A stretch of 62,988 bases of DNA, the filler included, from Craspedostauros australis (taxonomy: Eukaryota), in NCBI GenBank assembly GCA_030167865.1. It is 12 parts of 12 records of this genome, joined end to end, with 100 filler letters (N's around TTAATTAATTAA, not from the genome) between each part and the next. Parts side by side here need not be neighbours in the genome. Positions count along the whole stretch, not along the records: positions 60,988 to 62,988 come from JALAGF010005383.1; 11 more parts are not named here. The stretch is one strand, 5' to 3'. Shown here in pieces: positions 60,988 to 62,988 of this stretch. The notes beneath the pieces were generated by a model. The model was not told where the DNA came from, searched no databases, and saw only the letters and a list, made by a program, of their open reading frames with translations. The position numbers and the translations under genes were made by a program. The stretch's first letter is position 1; the number at the start of each line of letters is the position of its first letter.

Positions 60988-62352
60988 GGTTCCTGATCTC
61001 GGCTTGGATCATCTGGGCCTTGTTGGTCGCCGCTACGCCAGAGGCGTACTCCTCCTTCAACATCATGTAGACGCCATGTCCATCCTCCTTGTCGGCGTAC
61101 GGCAAGAGACAGTTGCGGCTCTTCATGGTGCGAAGGGAGTTCGAGAGAACATAGTACAGGAACGTACGTTGCTCTTCGAACAGGGCGAGCTCTTCACTCG
61201 CTGGCAGGTACTCCGGATCGACGGCGTTCTTGATTCCATGAGCAGCTGCGGTGGCTCGGAGACGGCGATCGAACTGCAGGAACTGCTCATCGTTCTTCAG
61301 GGTCGGGTAGTCGCTCAGGTTGCGCTTGGTGCCACGCTTGAAGGCCGCGACATCGTCCGAAGATGGGGTAGACGAGGGGACCACGTCAGGTGTGGGCACC
61401 TCTGCCACGGTTGTCTTCGGTTCTGCCTTCTTCTCCTTCTTCATGAAGGTCTGAAGGCGAGCTGCATTCAGCTCAAGCCAGGTGCTGGCTTCCATGCCTC
61501 CTTGGCTGTCGTACCAGCGCTCCAGCGCAAGGATCTTGTGCACATGCAGCGCGGCAAGCTTACAGTCGTAGGGTTCGCTACCCTCCTTGGAGATGGTGAT
61601 GCGGAGGCCGTCCAGGTCCTCCTTCGTCAACAGCGTGAGGTCGTCGATGTCCTCTACGCCAGATGAGGTGATGACTCGACGCTCGTCGGAGTCGTTCTTG
61701 ATCCCNNNNNNNNNNNNNNNNNNNNNNNNNNNNNNNNNNNNNNNNNNNNNNNNNNGAACGTACGTTGCTCTTCGAACAGGGCGAGCTCTTCACTCGCTGG
61801 CAGGTACTCCGGATCGACGGCGTTCTTGATTCCATGAGCTGCTGCGGTGGCTCGGAGACGACGATCGAACTGCAGGAACTGCTCATCGTTCTTCAGGGTC
61901 GGGTAGTCGCTCAGGTTGCGCTTGGTGCCACGCTTGAAGGCCGCGACATCGTCCAAAGATGGGGTAGACGAGGGGACCACGTCCGGTGTGGGCACCTCTG
62001 CCACGGTTGTCTTCGGTTCTGCCTTCTTCTCCTTCTTCATGAAGGTCTGAAGGCGAGCTGCGTTCAGCTCAAGCCAGGTGCTGGCTTCCATGCCTCCTTG
62101 GCTGTCGTACCAGCGCTCCAGCGCAAGGATCTTGCGCACATGCAGTGCGGCAAGCTTGCAGTCGTAGGGTTTGCTACCCTCCTTGGAGATGGTGATGCGG
62201 AGGCCGTCCAGGTCCTCCTTCGTCAACAGCGTGAGGTCGTCGATGTCATCTACGCCTGATGAGGTGATGACTCGACGCTCGTCGGAGTCGTTCTTGATCC
62301 CAACCGCCTTGAGGGCGTGGTTGAGGATGTCCAGTGGGTTCGTGGATGTCAT
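60988..62352 (-). mobile_element. gag: CoDi-like gag N-terminal region (element D), present as two overlapping near-identical copies across a gap
   Basis: FKRGTKRNLSDYPTLKND..RATAAAHG..VDPEYLP..LFEEQRTFLYYVL. Confidence 0.85.
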
Positions 62353-62539
62353 CTTGGAGATGATCGGGTTCGTTCTGTCTCTTCACAGCGGATGCGCTCG
62401 GGTGATGAGGGTTCAGTTGGTCGGCAACAGGCTGTTGCGGACTCGTTCAATGCAATTGCGGTTCTGGTGCTATCACGTCGTCACGTGATGCTCGTTCGGT
62501 CAGCTGGGATGCAGCTGTCTCGGGATGGGGTCTGTTCGT

Positions 62540-62582
62540 TCACTCAGTCAGCTCGGGACGTAGAGTATTGCGACTGTTAATC
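62540..62582 (-). promoter_or_regulatory. Primer-binding site of element D, complementary to the 5' half of tRNA-Asn(GUU)
   Basis: Plus strand AGCTC..GTAGAG..TGCGACTGTTAATC resembles a tRNA D-arm plus anticodon arm with GTT, and directly abuts the LTR end (TGTTAG at 62583). Confidence 0.65.
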
Positions 62583-62988
62583 TGTTAGACTTGAGGAATT
62601 GGTGGTAACGTAAGGGGAAACGCGTCCTTCTGCAATTGATCAGATTGAGAAGGTGGCGTTCACTGGAAGTCTGTTGGAAACTCAAATGTTATTACAAACT
62701 TAGGAGTTGTGAGCTTACTCTNNGACCTCTGTTCATGTCCATGCCTCTGCTCTTGCATTCCTCTGTTCTGCAAGCATCGGATAGGATCTTTACATCTCTT
62801 CAGGTTCAACTGGTTTGGGTCAGTAGCTGGCTCACAGTATCGTTCGTGTTTCGTGGTACCTTGTCTATGGTACCCAGTACTTTGGTACATCTTCATTTTC
62901 GTTCCTCGTCGAGCTATTCGCTCGTAATGTGACCATTTCATGGTCCGTGTTGGTTCAGGATACGATTCATACGCACAACTAAGCTGGA
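62583..62988 (-). mobile_element. 5' LTR of element D (outer end not seen)
   Basis: Minus strand ends ...GTCTAACA immediately before the PBS, 230 nt upstream of the gag ATG. Confidence 0.6.

Noticed and set aside
62540..62582. tRNA-Asn gene
   Set aside because: Only a 5' half-like sequence is present, with no T-arm or acceptor 3' strand. It is interpreted as a PBS.

Overview
Eukaryotic nuclear DNA, most likely a diatom or related stramenopile. This is inferred from CoDi-type Ty1/copia proteins, bipartite plastid-targeting presequences and GT-AG introns. The window is not one locus: 12 scaffold pieces are joined by 11 artificial N-TTAATTAATTAA-N spacers, and many internal N gaps are flanked by duplicated overlaps. 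Host genes: a 13-repeat ankyrin protein with a downstream BTB module, two COG3899-like STAND/AAA ATPase-helical proteins, a two-exon ZIP metal transporter, a DUF1995-like protein, a partial 2OG-Fe(II) oxygenase, an mTERF, a partial fatty acyl-AMP ligase, an RNI/LRR-like ORF and a broken FAD monooxygenase. A large share of the window is nested transposon debris: several copia/CoDi LTR families, two LINE 3' ends, and piggyBac-like, Harbinger, Sola3-like and mariner-like (DD38D) transposases. Most notable: (1) a copia element whose primer-binding site matches the 5' half of tRNA-Asn in the register of half-tRNA-Met priming; (2) a homogenised ankyrin array that varies mainly at ligand-facing positions and is linked to BTB; (3) a three-hairpin LINE 3'-UTR with compensatory changes; (4) a piggyBac-like end at CTAG; (5) an LTR with TA...TA termini; (6) one LTR family whose every visible junction lies inside another transposon.
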